Source: an uncultured Gemmatimonadales bacterium (GTDB lineage Bacteria > Gemmatimonadota > Gemmatimonadetes > Longimicrobiales > RSA9). Taken from it: DNA of 64,000 bases. Of the stretch, positions 59,218-64,000 are shown piece after piece; position 1 is the first letter of the stretch, and every line of letters starts with the position of its first letter. The translations under genes were made by a program, and so were the position numbers. The notes beneath the pieces are model-generated. The model searched no databases. It saw nothing but the letters and a program-made list of their open reading frames with translations, and was not told where the DNA came from. Location of the stretch: assembly GCA_963816355.1 (NCBI GenBank), contig CAWFKH010000003.1, positions 736,001 to 800,000 on the forward strand, read 5' to 3'.

Positions 59218-60063
59218 GTGGACGCCCGCGACCTCACGCTCTGGGAGGGCCGGCCGGTCGACGCGTGGCGGCGGCTGTGGTCCGTGCCGGCGCTGCGCAT
59301 CGTCGCTTCGATCGGATCCACCAACGACGCCGTCCGACACCTCGCCGAGCGCGGCGCGCCCGCCTGGACCACCGTCATCGCCGACGAACAGACCGCCGGC
59401 CGCGGCCGCCGCGGCCGCCGCTGGCACGCGCCGCCCCGGACCGGCCTCCTCATCTCCGTCCTGGTGCGGCCGCCCGCCGCCAGCGCGCCCTGGCTCGGCA
59501 CGCTCCCCCTGCGCGCCGGCCTCGCCGCCATCCGCGCCGTCGCCGCCACCGCCCCGGTACGCGCCGGCCTCAAGTGGCCCAACGACCTTCTCGTCGACGG
59601 ACGCAAGCTCTGCGGCGTCCTGTGCGAGGCGGCCACCGCCGGCGCCGGCGCCTACGTCGTCGTCGGCATCGGCATCAACGTCGCCCTCCGCCTCGAGGAA
59701 CTCCCGCCCGAGCTCCGCGAGCGCGCCACCTCGCTCCGCATCCTCACCGGCGCGCCCGTCTCCCGCGCGGCGCTCGCCGGCCGCCTGTTCGACGAGCTGC
59801 GCGGCCTCGCCGGCGACGGCTTCGGTCCCCTCGAGGGCGACGTCGCCGCCGAGCTCGCCGCTCGCGACCTCCTGCACGCGCGCCCGCTGCAGGCCGCCGA
59901 CGGCGCCCCACTCGGCGTCGGCGCCGGCTTCGCCGCCGACGGCGCCCTGCGCGTACTCGACGCGGACGGCCGCACCCGCTACATCACCGAGGCCGGCGTG
60001 GCCGACGCGGGCGTGCGCCCGGCCGCCCGCGCGTCCACCGGCGATTCCACGGAGGTGTCATGA
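59218..60063 (+). CDS. birA: Biotin--protein ligase (no HTH domain)
   Basis: STND, QTAGRGRRGRRW, KWPND, KLCGVL, GIGIN. Confidence 0.93.
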   Translation: MDARDLTLWEGRPVDAWRRLWSVPALRIVASIGSTNDAVRHLAERGAPAWTTVIADEQTAGRGRRGRRWHAPPRTGLLISVLVRPPAASAPWLGTLPLRAGLAAIRAVAATAPVRAGLKWPNDLLVDGRKLCGVLCEAATAGAGAYVVVGIGINVALRLEELPPELRERATSLRILTGAPVSRAALAGRLFDELRGLAGDGFGPLEGDVAAELAARDLLHARPLQAADGAPLGVGAGFAADGALRVLDADGRTRYITEAGVADAGVRPAARASTGDSTEVS

Positions 60064-60833
60064 TCCTCGTCTTCGACGTCGGCAACACCGAGACCGTCCT
60101 CGGCCTCTTCGACGACGATCGCCTCGACCGCAGTTGGCGCATCTCGACCAACCCCGATCGCACAGCCGACGAGCTCGCCCTCCTCGTGCGCGGCCTCATC
60201 CGTGACTCCGGCGCCGACCCCAACGCCGTCCACGGCGCCGCCGTCGCCTCCGTCGTGCCCGTCGTCACCCACACCGTCGTCGCCGTTTGCGAACGCCTCG
60301 CCCCCCGGCCCCCCGTCGTCGTCTCCGCCGCATCCCCGCTGCCCATCCGCATCGACATCGACGAGCCCCTCACCGTCGGCGCCGACCGCGTCGTCAACAC
60401 CCTCGCTGCCGCCCGCCTCTTCCACCGCGACACCATCGTCGTCGATCTCGGCACCGCCACCACCTTCGACTGCATCTCCGCCGACGGCACCTTCATCGGC
60501 GGCATCATCGCTCCCGGCGTCCGCACCGGCGCCGAAACCCTCGTCCGCCGCACCGCCAAACTCCCTCACGTCCATCTCGAACGGCCCCGCTCCGTCATCG
60601 GACGCCGCACCGACGCCGCCCTCCACAGCGGCATCTTCTTCGGCGCCGTCGCCGCCATCGACGGCATCGTCCTCCGCATCCGCGAGGAGTGGAAACGCCC
60701 CGATGCCCTCGTCGTCGCCACCGGTGGCCTCGCCTCCGTCCTCGGCCCCCACTGCGACAGCGTCGAGCGCGTCGAGCCCTTCCTCACCCTCCACGGCCTC
60801 CGCCTCGCCTACCCCCTCCTCGCCGGCGACTGA
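60060..60833 (+). CDS. coaX: Type III pantothenate kinase
   Basis: DVGNT, SVVP, GADR, DLGTATT, ATGG. Confidence 0.95.
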   Translation: MILVFDVGNTETVLGLFDDDRLDRSWRISTNPDRTADELALLVRGLIRDSGADPNAVHGAAVASVVPVVTHTVVAVCERLAPRPPVVVSAASPLPIRIDIDEPLTVGADRVVNTLAAARLFHRDTIVVDLGTATTFDCISADGTFIGGIIAPGVRTGAETLVRRTAKLPHVHLERPRSVIGRRTDAALHSGIFFGAVAAIDGIVLRIREEWKRPDALVVATGGLASVLGPHCDSVERVEPFLTLHGLRLAYPLLAGD

Positions 60834-60881
60834 ACCGCTGCCAATTTGACAACGCGGACCTGCCTCTCTGGCACTTCGCCC

Positions 60882-60897
60882 GGGCACGCCGTCTGCC
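60882..60897 (+). promoter_or_regulatory. Putative sigma-54 promoter upstream of groES
   Basis: GGGCACGCCGTCTGC: GG-N10-GC. Confidence 0.45.
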
Positions 60898-60922
60898 TTC
60901 GCCCGCCCCCGGCCGCGGCCGC

Positions 60923-60951
60923 TTGACAGGCACCGTCCGCCGCCCCATACT
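60923..60951 (+). promoter_or_regulatory. Sigma-70 promoter of groES-groEL (TTGACA-N17-CATACT)
   Basis: Consensus -35, 17-bp spacer, directly before CIRCE. Confidence 0.8.
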
Positions 60952-60961
60952 CACACGTGCA

Positions 60962-60988
60962 TTAGCACTCGGCGGCGTTGAGTGCTAG
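60962..60988 (+). promoter_or_regulatory. CIRCE element (HrcA operator)
   Basis: TTAGCACTC-N9-GAGTGCTAG. Confidence 0.95.
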
Positions 60989-61030
60989 CAGACCGCGCCG
61001 ACTCGAACCTTACCCAATAGGAGGACTGCT

Positions 61031-61339
<309 letters not shown>

Positions 61340-61383
61340 GCGGTCCGCTGGAACGGAATGCGAAGCAGACAACCACGCGATAG

Positions 61384-64000
<2,617 letters not shown>

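Noticed and set aside
60834..61030. Replication origin at the skew flip
   Set aside because: No DnaA boxes or AT-rich unwinding element; the skew is local; the region is explained by the groESL promoter

Overview
Very GC-rich bacterial chromosomal window. Gene content and order suggest Gemmatimonadota (inference only). It is mostly core housekeeping DNA: egtB, an M1 aminopeptidase, tesA-ybbAP, two MscS genes, a HEAT-cyclophilin lipoprotein, a sigma-54 response regulator, glnS-YqeY/FKBP/gltX/tRNA-Gln, lexA-like/tadA, pyrRBC-yhaM, rpsT, scpAB-rluB, a MoxR-Bat operon, duplicated outer-membrane beta-barrels, upp, tRNA-Ile2, secDF-tatD-mutL-miaA-bshA-uppP-nadC-birA-coaX and CIRCE-groES-groEL. No transposase, integrase, phage gene or CRISPR array was seen. 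The main unexplained signals are five. (1) A ~290-nt non-coding unit at 14031-14319 with its own sigma-70 promoter, five hairpins whose loops can pair with other parts of the unit, and a strong terminator. (2) A four-helix-bundle (IVS/Avd-like) gene bracketed by complementary purine-rich and pyrimidine-rich repeat arms, inserted before pyrR. (3) A LexA that has lost its self-cleavage machinery. (4) Candidate sigma-54 promoters and paired operator boxes. (5) Two nearby +1 frameshifts (groEL and the last gene) that are probably sequence errors. All motif, structure and composition calls were made by eye; no database search or folding program was run.
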